Shown: piece by piece, positions 51,076 to 63,001 of the stretch | How the letters are laid out: every line of letters starts with the position of its first letter | How positions within the stretch are numbered: the stretch's first letter is position 1 | Origin: Octopus sinensis | Lineage: Eukaryota | Direction: 5' to 3' | Assembly: GCF_006345805.1 (NCBI RefSeq) | Contig: NC_042997.1 | Span: 138,322,001 to 138,386,000 of the forward strand | Length of the DNA: 64,000 nt | Translations under genes and position numbers: made by a program | The notes under the pieces: model-generated | What the model saw: only the letters and a program-made list of their open reading frames with translations | What the model was told of the DNA's origin: nothing | The model's database searches: none

Positions 51076-52454
51076 GTTAATATAAAACACACACACACAC
51101 ACACACTCCTGGATTCTGTGTTGTATATATTCCTCCCTTGGGTGGGGTGCTGGTCTGTTGCAGGATTACTCATTTTTACCAGCTGAGTAGACTGGAGCAA
51201 TGTGTAATGAAGTTTTTTGCTCAAGAACACAATACATCACTTGGTCCAGGAATTGAAACCACAGTCTTACAATCATGAATGCAACATCCTTACTAAGTCA
51301 TGTATCTCCACACACACACACACACTAATCAGAACATTCAAATATTTGATCCCTTAAGCTGGTTCATATTCTAATCCTATTTCTAAGTGCTCAGTTTATT
51401 GAAATACATGGTTAAGGTGTCAGGCTCATGACCATAAAGTTGTACATTTGATTCCTGTACTGAGTAGCACATGGTATCCTTGAGTAAAGCACATCATTTC
51501 AAATTACTCCAGTTTACTCAGCTGAAAATGCTCTCCAGTTGAGTGTTGGTGCAGCCCTTTCTCTCTCCATCTAATGCATACTAGGTGTTACCATTGGCTC
51601 AAAAGGTGGTAGAGCATGCTTTTGACTATGTAGGCAACTGAATCAATTTTTGAAAGTATGGTGTATTACCAAGTTGCACCTGCTTGCAAGTGACAACTAT
51701 GTTTTTTTTCACATTGTTACTCTTAATAGTATCACATGTAACCCAGCTGACATACAATATGTTTCTGATATTGTTTCAAGAATAAAATCTGGTTTATTTT
51801 ATTCACATAACTGTTAATACCATGTACTAATACAGCTCACTACTGTAAGTAGTAGGAACTCGGTATATAATTCAGTATAATTACCTTGTTTTGAATTCAA
51901 ATTCAGATAATACTCTCGTGGTCTAGAAGAACTAGACATAAGGCTTTGCTTATACCTAGTTGGAAGTTTAATAGCTTAATATGTTTAAGAAGATAATTAG
52001 CAATGTTTGAGGAGATTCTAAAAATGAAAAGTTGAGGGAAGTGTTTAATATGACAGTATGTGGGAGGAAGGAAAGAAACAGTTATCTTCAAGTAAAGGTG
52101 CAGTCAAACAAGTGAATCAAAAAGATCCCAGGCTTAATGACAAGCCTATGACCAGAGTTAATTTTAAGTTTGTCTTCCCGATTGATTGCTTTCCATTCAC
52201 TACAGTCTGAGAGGTACAGTGGTTGTAAGGTTAGATTACTGGAGTGACAACCTCATGATAGATAATTAAGAGTCTGTTATGACCAATTGGGTGTATTGTT
52301 TGCTTCAGTTTGTCTTGTTGAAAGTGTGTACCCCACCTTCTTACCAGTTGAAGAGTTAACAGTAAGAAGGTCTTCCAACTTTAAAATGTTGTGTACCAAC
52401 AATGTGCAGATATCCAGAATTGTTAACACCACTCCACTTGAGATAATAAAAGAG

Positions 52455-52665
52455 GTAATTGTTGTTTATTGCCTGAACAGCTATGATCAGGTAGACTTAT
52501 GATCAAAGGCACTTCAGTGATGATCATTCTGTCTTGACACATAATGCATCATGGACTACATTATCTAATGTACCTCTTTCTTTGAGACAATAGGGTATGT
52601 TTTAGCAGAGATTTGACTACTATTTCTAGCAATCTGAGTAACTATGTAGAGGTTTCCTCATTAGT
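52455..52665 (+). mobile_element. Dispersed repeat family E (unclassified)
   Basis: ttgttgtttag..atgatcaaaggca..gactacatt..gagatttg(g/a)ct(g/a)ctatttctagc. Related copies lie at about 14520-14620, 15290-15400, 18730-18915, 23265-23390 and 43790-44000. Confidence 0.6.
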
Positions 52666-54406
52666 TTAAGAAGAGAAGGTTGGGAGAAGTAAAAGAAATA
52701 ATTTCATGTAATACAGGGTATTTAAAAAAAAAATTACCATCATTTCTGAATAACTACACAGTCTAGGCAATTGAGACTACTCTGGCTTAATGCTGAACAA
52801 AATAAAATTTATTCAAAGGTTTGAGAATTTCATGAATGGTTTCAGAAGAATTTTGATTTGTTTCTACATGGGCTGTTAAAATCATTTGAAAGAGAATTGG
52901 TCAATTTATTAGATTACAAACTATTATCAATTTTACCGAAAGACCCTGTATTTGAATGTTAGATATCACGAAACGAGATACTGAGATACAGTTTAACTTG
53001 TATTAGCTCCACACCTCCTCTTTCAGTTTCTTGTTTGATAATTTAGCTCTTAGGTAAGTGATAGATTAGTTTTTTTTTTCTTTGATTTTTTTTTTATTAT
53101 GAGGAAGAGTATTGACTTAGCCTTAGTATATTACTGGTTCTCCTTAATTGGTGGAGCATGAGAGGAGTCAGTGTTGAACTAAATAGTCTTTGAGCTGAAA
53201 ATATGCTTTTGTAATATTGACAATTCTCTGTAGCAGTTCTATTATTCCTCCATTAGATATAAAACCTCAGATTTCTAGAGGAAGATAATACAGAAGCTTT
53301 GATATCAAAACTTTTCCTAACTTCAAAAAAATAAATAAATAAATAAAGCTTACACAGTTTACTGAGGCACCATTTATGGGATTTGAACCTTTGGCTCTTT
53401 GACTAAGTGGGTGAAGTCATATGATCTTAGATATTGTGACTACTTTCATTATGATCTTCCATAAGCCTCTAATTTTTCTTAAAAAAAGTAATGAGAAATT
53501 ATGACATTGATTCCTTTCTTAAAAGGGTCTTAAAACTTAGAAATATCTGAGTTAATCAAGAAGACCGAGTTGATCAACAACTTATTTAATTATGTTTCCT
53601 GAAGATGCTTCCCAATTTATATGTTTATGTTTTGCAAAAGATAAATTAAGTTGAGTGAATTTTTTATTTTATTCAGACACATCTGTCAAAGCTCTTTTAA
53701 CTTTCAAATTAAAGTATGATTTCACGTCAGCTCTACATATGAAGGTAGCATTTGCCAATTATAAAGTGAGTTCTTTACAGCTGTGGGCTACAGTGCTCTA
53801 TGGTACCTATTTGAAGTTTGTAAAGATTTTAGACTTTGTCATTGGACTACAAAGTGGTTTAGTAAACTGAGTTAAAGCCAAATTGTCACTGGTTGCAACT
53901 AAATACTGCAAGTATTTAGTTTGCAGTTGTTATCTCTCAGCTTTCTATTTAGTTTAACTATAAGAAAATATAAGAGGTGTAGTTGCCAGGCAAGTTATTT
54001 GTTATCATGTATAGAAAGTAAATGAATTACAGCATAGAAATCACATATTAGCCACTCAAAAACACAAAAGCTATCACTTCACTCAAACATTTATTATTTG
54101 GTGTCAAAAGTCTTGTTTCTATTTCATTGCATGGCATGCAGTGGAATCAAGACAATGACTAGGCTGCACTTAGTGCAAGAAAAATAAATTTAGACTCCAG
54201 ATAATAAATATATATGAAGTCTACTTTGCTGTAATTGTTTATAAATGATAACTTTTACTGAACCATTGTTTGGTAATAACTTCAAACCATATGTAGGATA
54301 GCTATAAAACTAGGATAAAAATGAAAAAAAAAATTCTCAACTAAAACAATTTAAAACATATTTTTGTAATGTATATTTTCCTTGTTTTTTTGTTTTGCAA
54401 ATTTAG

Positions 54407-54506
54407 GAGGAAGATGTGGAAACCCCATGTGGTAACATTAGGGTTGCCATTCAAGGAGACCGAGCTAAACCAGCTATCCTTACATTCCATGATATTGGTC
54501 TTAACC
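54407..54506 (+). CDS. NDRG: NDRG-family protein coding exon (EEDVETPCGNIRVAIQGDRAKPAILTFHDIGLN+H), start of the alpha/beta-hydrolase-like Ndr domain
   Basis: Polypyrimidine tract and acceptor atttAG (54405-54406). The 100-nt exon ends at a phase-1 donor AAC C|GTAAG. The translation carries the NDRG signature E.D(I/V)ET..G...V.I.G....P.ILT(Y/F)HDIG(L/M)NH. I found no following exon in 54507-64000. Confidence 0.93.
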
Positions 54507-55477
54507 GTAAGATATATATTATTTTGGCTATTTTTATTGATTTTTGGACTGCTTAATTTTCCTGAAATTGTTTCTGTTCTTATTGACTATTCCCATTCAT
54601 TTATGCTTGAAACAGTTCTTTGCCACAGACACCACTTAACTCTAGCAGTAATCTATAGCTGTAACTTACAAAGGGGCAATTTCATGATTCAGTGTGAAAT
54701 CAGACTGATTTGCACATTCTATCATGAAATTTAATAGGCTGAACAGTTGGATTTAACTTGCTGTTTACAGGTTTTTTTGAGGGATGGATTCTATTTAGAG
54801 TTCAATTTGCTAAAGAAGTGGTGCTTATTGGCTAATATATCATGTATTCATGAACATCAATTTGTTGGCGTCAAAAGAATTTATAAGCTTTGAGAGAATG
54901 TGAAATAGTTAAATAATTCTCTTTGAAACAGTGGATCTTGAAGCTACTCAGCCTTCAACTTTTGCAACACAAGGGCTTTTTCAACCCAATATTTACATGC
55001 TTATTATTTATAGCTTTATTTGCTTCAAGATCCACTGTTCCAAAAAAAAAATAATTTCATTTTATAAATTGATGTAATGTGAAATAAAACAGTCTAATGC
55101 TTTTAGAGTAACTTATTGAAGAATAAATGTTGCTTCTGTTTAGTCTATTGTTTTTTATGGTGTGTATTTTTATGTGTTTGTTTCTGTATTTGTGTGTGCG
55201 TGTGTGTGTGTACACGTCTGTGTGTTCTGTATTTGCTAGACATGAATACATGCACACACATACACATGGACACATACACACACACACACACACACACATA
55301 GATGCAGATGCAAATGCTTGTGCAAATAGGGATACACTCCATAGAAAGAATGGACTAAATAGACCAGGAGGACACATTGGGATGAAAGAAATGTTGCTTC
55401 ATTATTCAGTTTGAACATTTATGACCTATTTGTAAAACAATATACGAATTTGCAGCAGTCTCTAACTTGTGTCAATA

Positions 55478-55550
<73 letters not shown>

Positions 55551-56004
55551 ATGATGATGTTTGGTGACCCACAGTGTTGAGATCAAATAAATTAACACAC
55601 GTTAATGACTAAAACAGCAGTTCAAATAATGTTATATATAATCTCATAAATTTACAGAACATGTAGATTATCTGCTTCAAAAAAGAATTTTATATTCTGT
55701 CATTACTACTATATATTATTTATCAGCCCATTTAGCTGTAAACAGCTCTATAGAGGTACAATTCTTTGTTGCAAGCACAACAGTAGCATTATTGTTACAT
55801 TTCAGGCTCTTAGTCTTACATTTAAACAAGCAAATCTTTTAATTATTACATCAGGCATGGTTCTGTGGTTAATAAGTTCAGTTCACAGCCGCAAGTTGTG
55901 TGTGTGTGTGTATAAAAATAATAATAATATGAGGGAATATTATTCCAAACTTGCTAGGAAAAATTCAATTTAGAAATACTAAATCAAATTTCACAAAATA
56001 TAAT

Positions 56005-56420
56005 ATACATATAAATTAGAAAAAACCCCACCTTTTATCAATTCAATAATAAAATATTAAATTATACTATTGAGAAAAATTACATATTATAAAAAGATTA
56101 AATATAAGATAAAACATATAACAATGATTAAGTAATGTGCAAAATAATAAATAAAACCTATATATTTGGTAGAATAACGACATGTGTTTCGTGGCTATAT
56201 TCAAGAAATGATAATAGTAATAATAATAGTAAAATCACTTCAATATAAATATAGCCACTCTTCAGGTTAAAGATAAAAACAATAAAATAATTAATTAGAT
56301 AAATTAATAGATATACGTAAATAATCTTGTAAAATACAAAATATCTTAACAAATATATTCTTGTTTAAATAAAAAAAAATAGAATAAAAAATAAGATACA
56401 ATTAATTAAAATATTTGAAA

Positions 56421-56470
<50 letters not shown>

Positions 56471-56735
56471 AAATATATACATTAAATTAAATTATTAATT
56501 AATTTATTTATTTAATAAACATCTAAATAAAATCTTATACTCATTAAGTAATTTATATTAAAAATCTTAATGTTAAGTAATATACATAATGTTAGTACAA
56601 GCTATAAATATTAGAATTAAAAATAGGAAATGGTTCAAATATATACACAGCTATTAGATAAAGTAACTATATTATTAATATATATGTAGTATCTATAGAT
56701 TTAATATTTTACTCAATTATATAGTTGACCAAAAT
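56005..56735 (-). mobile_element. Extremely AT-rich hammerhead-bearing element (probable Penelope-like derivative), copy 1
   Basis: It shares the hammerhead and the terminal motif ATATAAATTAGA(G)AAAAACC..CT..TAT.CAATTCAA (+ strand, about 56010-56046) with the 63.2 kb copy. No ORF could be recovered. Boundaries are approximate. Confidence 0.55.
56175..56269 (-). ncRNA. Type I hammerhead ribozyme with extended stem II
   Basis: The minus strand reads TAAC-CTGAAGA-GTGGCTATATT...AATATAGCCAC-GAAA-C ACAT G-TC/GTTA. Stem II is a perfect 11 bp (56258-56248 with 56201-56191), with further GAAGTGAT/ATCATTTC pairing. Stem I is 4 bp. The GUC triplet is cut between 56179 and 56178. Confidence 0.88.
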
Positions 56736-56740
56736 ATCAA

Positions 56741-56796
<56 letters not shown>

Positions 56797-56805
56797 GCAT
56801 ATATA

Positions 56806-58595
56806 TACCTAGCCAAAGATAAGCCCCTGTACCTGGCTTTTGTTGACATGGAGAAAGCCTTCGACAGGGTCCCCGATCCCTTATCTGGTGGTCAATGAGG
56901 AAACTAGGGATAGATGAATGGTTAGTGAGAGCTGTGCAGGCCATGTATAGGGACGCTGCTAGTAAGGTGAGGGTTGGCAATGAGTACAGTGAAGAATTCC
57001 GGGTAGAGGTAGGGGTCCACCAAGGCTCAGTCCTCAGCCCCCTCCTATTTATCATAGTCCTCCAGGCAATAACGGAGGAATTCAAGACAGGATGCCCTTG
57101 GGAGCTCCTCTATGCTGATGACCTTGCTCTAATTGCTGAGTTGCTATCAGAACTGGAGGAGAAGTTTCAGGTGTGGAAACAAGGATTAGAATCGAAGGGC
57201 CTTAGAGTCAATCTAGCTAAAACCAAAGTCGTAATCAGTAGGAAGGTAGACAAATCACAAACGCCTTCAGGTAGATGGCCCTGCTCGATCTGTAGAAAAG
57301 GTGTAGGTAGAAACTCTATAAGATGCACCAAGTGTAAGCTATGGACACATAAGAGGTGCAGCAATGTCAAAGGAAGGCTAACTAGGAAGATGGTTTTTGT
57401 ATGTGGCAGATGCTCAGGAACAATAAACACTGAAAATGCTCTGAGACCAACTTCCGTCACTTTCCAGGGAGAAAAACTAGAAATAGTTGATAGTTTCTGT
57501 TACCTAGGTGACCAAGTCAGCAGCGGGGGCGGGTGTGCTGAAAGTGTAACTGCTAGAGTAAGAATAGCTTGGGCAAAGTTCAGAGAGCTCTTACCTCTGC
57601 TGGTGACAAAAGACCTCTCGCACAGAGTAAAAGGCAGACTGTATGATGCGTGTGTACGAACAGCATGCTACTTGGCAGTGAAACTTGGGCCATGACTGCT
57701 GAGGATATGCGTAAGCTCGCAAGAAATGAAGCTAGTATGCTCCGATGGATGTGTAATGTCAGTACTCATACTTGGCAGAGTGTAAGTACCTTGAGAGAAA
57801 AGCTGGACCTAAGAAGCATCAGTTGTGGTGTGCAAGAGAGACGTTTACGCTGGTATGGGCATGTGGCGAGAATGGATGAAGATAGTTGTGTGAAAAAGTG
57901 CCACGCCCTAGCGGTTGAGGGAACCTGTGGAAGAGGCAGACCCAGGAAAACCTGGGACGAGGTGGTGAAGCACGACCTTCGAACTTTAGGTCTCACTGAG
58001 GAAATGACTAGAGACCGAGACCTCTGGAAGTGTGCTGTGCGCGAGAAGACCCGGCAGGACAAGTGAGACCATAACCCGTGGCCTTCTACATGGGATGGAG
58101 CCAGCCTACGTATGCATACCTTCCCTTCTTGGGACACAAAACTCTACTTGTGAAGACCTGTTGAGGCAAGTGAGGATCAGAATCAAAATCGATCAATGGA
58201 AATTGCAGATGTGTTACCAGTGCTGGTGGCATGTAAGAGAACCATCCGTTCATGACTGTTGCCAGCGCCACCCTGACTGGCCTCGTGCCGGTGGCACGTA
58301 AAAAGCACCATTCGTTCGTGTCCATTGCCAGCCTCGCCTGGCCCCCGTGCTGGTGGCACATAAAAAGCACCATCCGTTCGTGGCCGTTTGCCAGCTCTGT
58401 CTGGCACCTGTGCGGGTGGCACATAAAAAGCAACACTACACTCACGGAGTGGTTGGCGTTAGGAAGGGCATCCAGCCGTAGAAACACTGCCAGATCTGAC
58501 TAGGCCTGATGAAGCCTTCCGGCTTCACAGACCCCAGTTGAACCGTCCAACCCATGCTAGCATGGAAAACGGACGCTAAACGATGATGATGATGA
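56806..58595 (+). mobile_element. Young 5'-truncated RTE-clade LINE (RT with embedded PHD finger, C-terminus, about 530-bp 3' UTR, (GAT)n tail)
   Basis: Motifs LAFVDMEKAFDRV, GVHQGSVLSPLLF, LLYADDL, FCYLGD, GSETW and RLRWYGHV..GRGRPRKTW are present. There are two 1-bp frameshifts (about 56872 and 57665), and the stop is at 58064-58066. Confidence 0.95.
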
Positions 58596-58826
58596 ATCAC
58601 ACCCTATGCTCTTCCCATCTTCCATGAGGGTCGACCAATGAGTACAAAAAGCAAGAAGAGAAAGTACGTAAGGATCAGATAAGTCCTTAGCTCCCAACAG
58701 TTTAGCAGGTTGGTGGGGGTGGGAGGGTCAAAGAGGTCAAAAACATGAAAGGTCATTGTTAATATTGTGTCAATCTCCATGACACTCGGAGATTTTTCCT
58801 GGGCTAAGAAACTCAGTTATCAGATG

Positions 58827-59115
58827 TCCTCAGTCTACATAGTAGTAGAAAAGTACCACTGGTGAAAAACATCTCCTCAGTCCGCCTAGCTGTAAGTAGG
58901 TTCCACTGGCTAAAAGCAACACATCCTCAGTCCACTTAGCTGTAAATAGATACTCCACGCTAGAAACATGTGCTTAGTCCACCTAGCTGTGAACAGGTAC
59001 CACAAGCTAGAAACATCCTGAGTCCACCTAATTCTAAATAGGCACTACATGGTAAAAACATGTCCTCAGTCCACCTAGCTGCATGTAGGTGACACAAGCT
59101 AAAACCATGTCCCCA
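58827..59115 (+). repeat. Degenerate minisatellite, 6 units plus a partial unit, period about 47 bp
   Basis: Units start at 58827, 58874, 58924, 58971, 59016, 59063 and 59110. The consensus is about TCCTCAGTCCACCTAGCTGTAAATAGGTACCACAAGCTAGAAACATG. Confidence 0.85.
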
Positions 59116-59313
59116 GATACAGAGAATATTTTCTTAGATAGTGCACTTTGATGTGTTCCTAAAAATTGCAGCTGCTTGATGTAAAATATTCGGCAAGTTC
59201 TGTTGATCTCCTGTTATTGTGCCGGATCTCTACATGTCCCACCTTCTGTATAAATATTATGGGAGAAACCTGAACACCCCCATGTGACTGAAAGTGGACT
59301 AACCAATTACAAT

Positions 59314-59520
59314 GAATAAGAACTGAGTGAACTGTCAAGGGGGTAGTTAACCATGTTAGATTCACTGTTGAGTTAACAGTTGGTAGTTGAACAATGAATA
59401 TGGAGTATCATACCTACGTTTGAGTTAATATATGTTTTCTGCAATAGGTTATTTTTAGATAACCACAACCAACTATTTATTTGTGTAATACCATATTACA
59501 CTAGACATTTGTATCCATAT
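59314..59520 (+). repeat. Diverged direct repeat, partner at 59913-60163
   Basis: Colinear blocks with a 46-bp core differing at 1 position (59445-59490 versus 60085-60130). Confidence 0.85.
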
Positions 59521-59755
59521 CATCATCATCGTTTAACGTCCATTTTCCATGCTGCCATGGGTTGGATGGTTTGAATGGAGGTCTGGGAAGCCAGGAGGCT
59601 GCACCAGGCTCCAATCTGATCTGGCAGTGTTTCTATAGCTAGATGCCTTTCCTTACGCCAACCACTCCGAGAGAGTAGTGGGTGCCTTTTACGTGCCACC
59701 AGCACAGGGTCCAGAGGGGACTGGCATCAACCATGTTTGGATGGTGCTTTTTAAC
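59520..59755 (-). mobile_element. RTE-family 3' tail fragment
   Basis: catcatcatcgtttaacgtccattttccatgctgccatgggttgg..gtgggtgccttttacgtgccaccagcac. Confidence 0.82.
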
Positions 59756-60282
59756 AAGAATTAAGGATCTTAGACAGAGAGCTGGAGAAAATGCTTAACA
59801 GCATTTTGTCTGTATTTACATTCTTAGAGTATGATTGATACATCCTCATTTCCTCTTGAGAATTCCTTGATGGATGCAAGTCTTGTTTGATCTCTCTCAC
59901 AGACCTTTGTTTGAATAATTAGAGCTGAGTGAACTGTCAAAGAGGGTAGCTGATGGTGTAGTTAACCATGTTGGTTTAAACATGTTGATTTAACAGTTGC
60001 TAGTTGAACTGTGAATACTGAATATCATACCTATGTTTGAGTACTACGGAATGATTTTCCCCTGTTAACATATATTTTCTGTGATAGGTTATTTTTAGAT
60101 AACCACAACCATCTATTTATTTGTGTAATACTATTTTACACCAGACATGTATACCCATGTCATAACAATATATCGTAACATTTCTGTCATGATTCATGAG
60201 AATATTCCAACTGTACCACACTTTCAGTCCTCAAAATGCATGAGGACCGATATATTTGTGAATTACTAACAATTACTTTCAT

Positions 60283-60664
60283 AGGTGCGGAAGTGGCTGT
60301 GTGGTAAGAAGCTTGCTTACCAACCACATGGTTCCAGGTTCTGTCCCATGGCATAGCACCTTGGGAAAATGTCTTCTACTATAGCCTTGGGCCAACCAAA
60401 GCCTTGTGAGTGGATTTGATAGACGGAAACTGAAAGAAGCCTGTCGTGTGTGTGTTTGTGTGTGTGTGTTTGTCCCCTTACCATCACGTGAAACCAAAGT
60501 TGGTGTGTTTACATCCCTGTAACTTAGCGAGAAGGTAAAAGAGATCAGTAGAATAAGTACTAGGCTTACAAAAAATAAATCCTGGGTCAAACTGTTCAAC
60601 TAAGGGTGGTGCTCCATCATGGCCATAGTCAAATGTCTGAAACAAATTAAAGAATTCAAGAATA
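60283..60664 (+). mobile_element. tRNA-derived SINE family A, full length, CR1-type tail
   Basis: A box TGGCTGTGTGG and a B-box-like GGTTCTGTCCC, then the central ccttggg..ccaaagccttgtgagtggatttg..gaaactgaaagaagcc domain, (TG)n, and the tail ggtggtgctccatcatggccatagtc..gaaac. Confidence 0.85.
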
Positions 60665-60669
60665 CATAT

Positions 60670-60708
<39 letters not shown>

Positions 60709-61730
60709 AGATATATGTATAATATATATATATATATAATATAAGATATATGTATAATATATATATATATATAATATAAGATATATGTATAATATATATA
60801 TATATATAATATAAGATATATGTATAATATATATATATATATAATATAAGATATATGTATAATATATATATATATATTATATAATATAAGATATATGTAT
60901 AATATATATATATATATATAATATAAGATATATGTATAATATATATATATATAATATAAGATATGTATAATATATATATATATAATATAAGATATATGTA
61001 TAATATAATATATATATATATATAATATAAGATATATGTATAATATAATATATATATATTATATATATATATATATAAGATATATGTATAATATATATAT
61101 ATATATAATATAAGATATATGTATAATATATATATATATATAATATAAGATATATGTATAATATATATATATATATAATATAAGATATATGTATAATATA
61201 TATATATATATAATATAAGATATATGTATAATATATATATATATATAATATAAGATATATGTATAATAATATAATATATATATATATATATAATATATGT
61301 ATAATATTATATATATATAATATAAGATATATGTATATATATATATATATATAATATAAGATATATGTATAATATATATAATATATATAATATAAGATAT
61401 ATTATAATATATATATATATATAATATAAGATATATGTATAATATATATATATATATAATATAATATATATATATATTATATATATATATATAATATAAG
61501 ATATATGTATAATATATATATATATAATATAAGATATATGTATATATATATATATATAATATAGATATATGTATATAATATATATATATATATATAATAT
61601 AAGATATATGTATAATATATATATATATAATATATAATATAAGATATATGTATAATATATATATATATATATAATATAAGATATATGTATAATATATATA
61701 TGTAATATATATATATATATATATGTATGT
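60665..61730. repeat. AT minisatellite, unit ATAATATAAGATATATGTATA(AT)n, about 33-37 bp
   Basis: More than 25 units, starting immediately after the SINE A tail. Further irregular TA blocks lie at 62062-62472 and 63003-63200. Confidence 0.95.
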
Positions 61731-61731
61731 A

Positions 61732-62060
61732 TTGTAACACCCCATTGGTTACGACGATGAGGGTCCCCGTTGATACAGTCAATGGAACAGCTTGCTCATG
61801 AAATTAACGTGCAAGTAGCTGAGCATTCCACAGACACGTGTACCCATAACATAGTTCGCAAGGAGATTCAGTGTGACACAGAGTGTGACAAGGCTGGCCC
61901 TTTTTTGAAATACAGGTACTACTCATTTTTGCCAGCTGAGTGGACTGGAGGAACGTGAAATAAAGTGTCTTGCTCAAGGATACAACACGGTGCCAGGAAT
62001 TGAACTCACAACCTTACGATCGTGAGCCAAATGCCCTAACCACTAAGCCACATGCCCTCA
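61732..62060 (-). mobile_element. CORE-like SINE with a different 3' domain (family B')
   Basis: tRNA head plus the CORE-like segment, then gggtacacgtgtctgtggaatgctcagctacttgcacgttaatttc... It is colinear with 13998-14310(+) and sits between two AT arrays. Confidence 0.85.
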
Positions 62061-62269
62061 TGTATAATATATATACATATAATATATATATAATATATAG
62101 ATATATGTATATAATATATATTATATATATATATATATGATATATATATATATATATAATATGATATATATATATATATAATATGTATAATATATATAAT
62201 ATATATGTATAATATATATATATTATATATATATATAATATATTAATATATATGTATGATATATATATG

Positions 62270-62302
<33 letters not shown>

Positions 62303-62473
62303 GTATAATATATATAATATATATATATATTTTATATAATATATATAATATATATAATATATTTTATATAATATATATAATATATATAATATATTTTATA
62401 TATATGTATAATATATATAATATATATACTATATATGTATCATATATAATATATCTAATATATATAATACATA

Positions 62474-63001
62474 TAGCGGACCTTGAAGCAATCCAGAGAA
62501 GATTCACAAAGAAGATCGTCTCTTTGCAACTGCTCAGCTACTGGAAAAGGCTGAAATAGCTAAAACTCTACTCCCTAGAGAGAAGGCGGGAGAGGTATGC
62601 AGTAATATACATCTGGAAGATCTTGGTATTGAAAGCTACAACAATGCAAGTATGGAACGACACCGCATAGTGCCAAAGATCCCAGCAACGCCTTCGCACT
62701 TCAGGACTAGTTACTACAACAGCTTGAGTTTCAGGGGCCCACAGCTTTGTAATATTCTCCCAAAGAGCTTGAGGAACCTGCACAAAGTAGATGTAGGTGT
62801 TTTTAAATCAAAGCTGGACCTCTTCCTGTCAAGAGTCTCTGATGAACCTACTTCAATGCAAGAGGTGCAAATGAGGGTAGCTACATCAAACTCCATTCTT
62901 CACCAAGTGCCACACATTGGAGGAAGCTCTCAGTAATAACAGGGTAGCAAAACGGCAGTGCATCAGCATGGTCGCAGCTATGAGCTGAAACTGCAGAAAT
63001 A

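Noticed and set aside
55990-56735. Possible mitochondrial insertion (extreme AT content, strand skew), also 63195-64000
   Set aside because: I found no recognisable mitochondrial ORF, tRNA or rRNA motif. The hammerhead and shared terminus point to a retroelement.
58506-58528. CTGATGA followed by the AGCC-TTCC-GGCT hairpin
   Set aside because: No GAAA follows the stem. It is simply the RTE 3' tail hairpin.
58827-59115. CRISPR-like appearance of this array and of 19195-20185
   Set aside because: The repeats are degenerate, the spacers are related or irregular, there are no cas genes, and the context is a eukaryotic intron.
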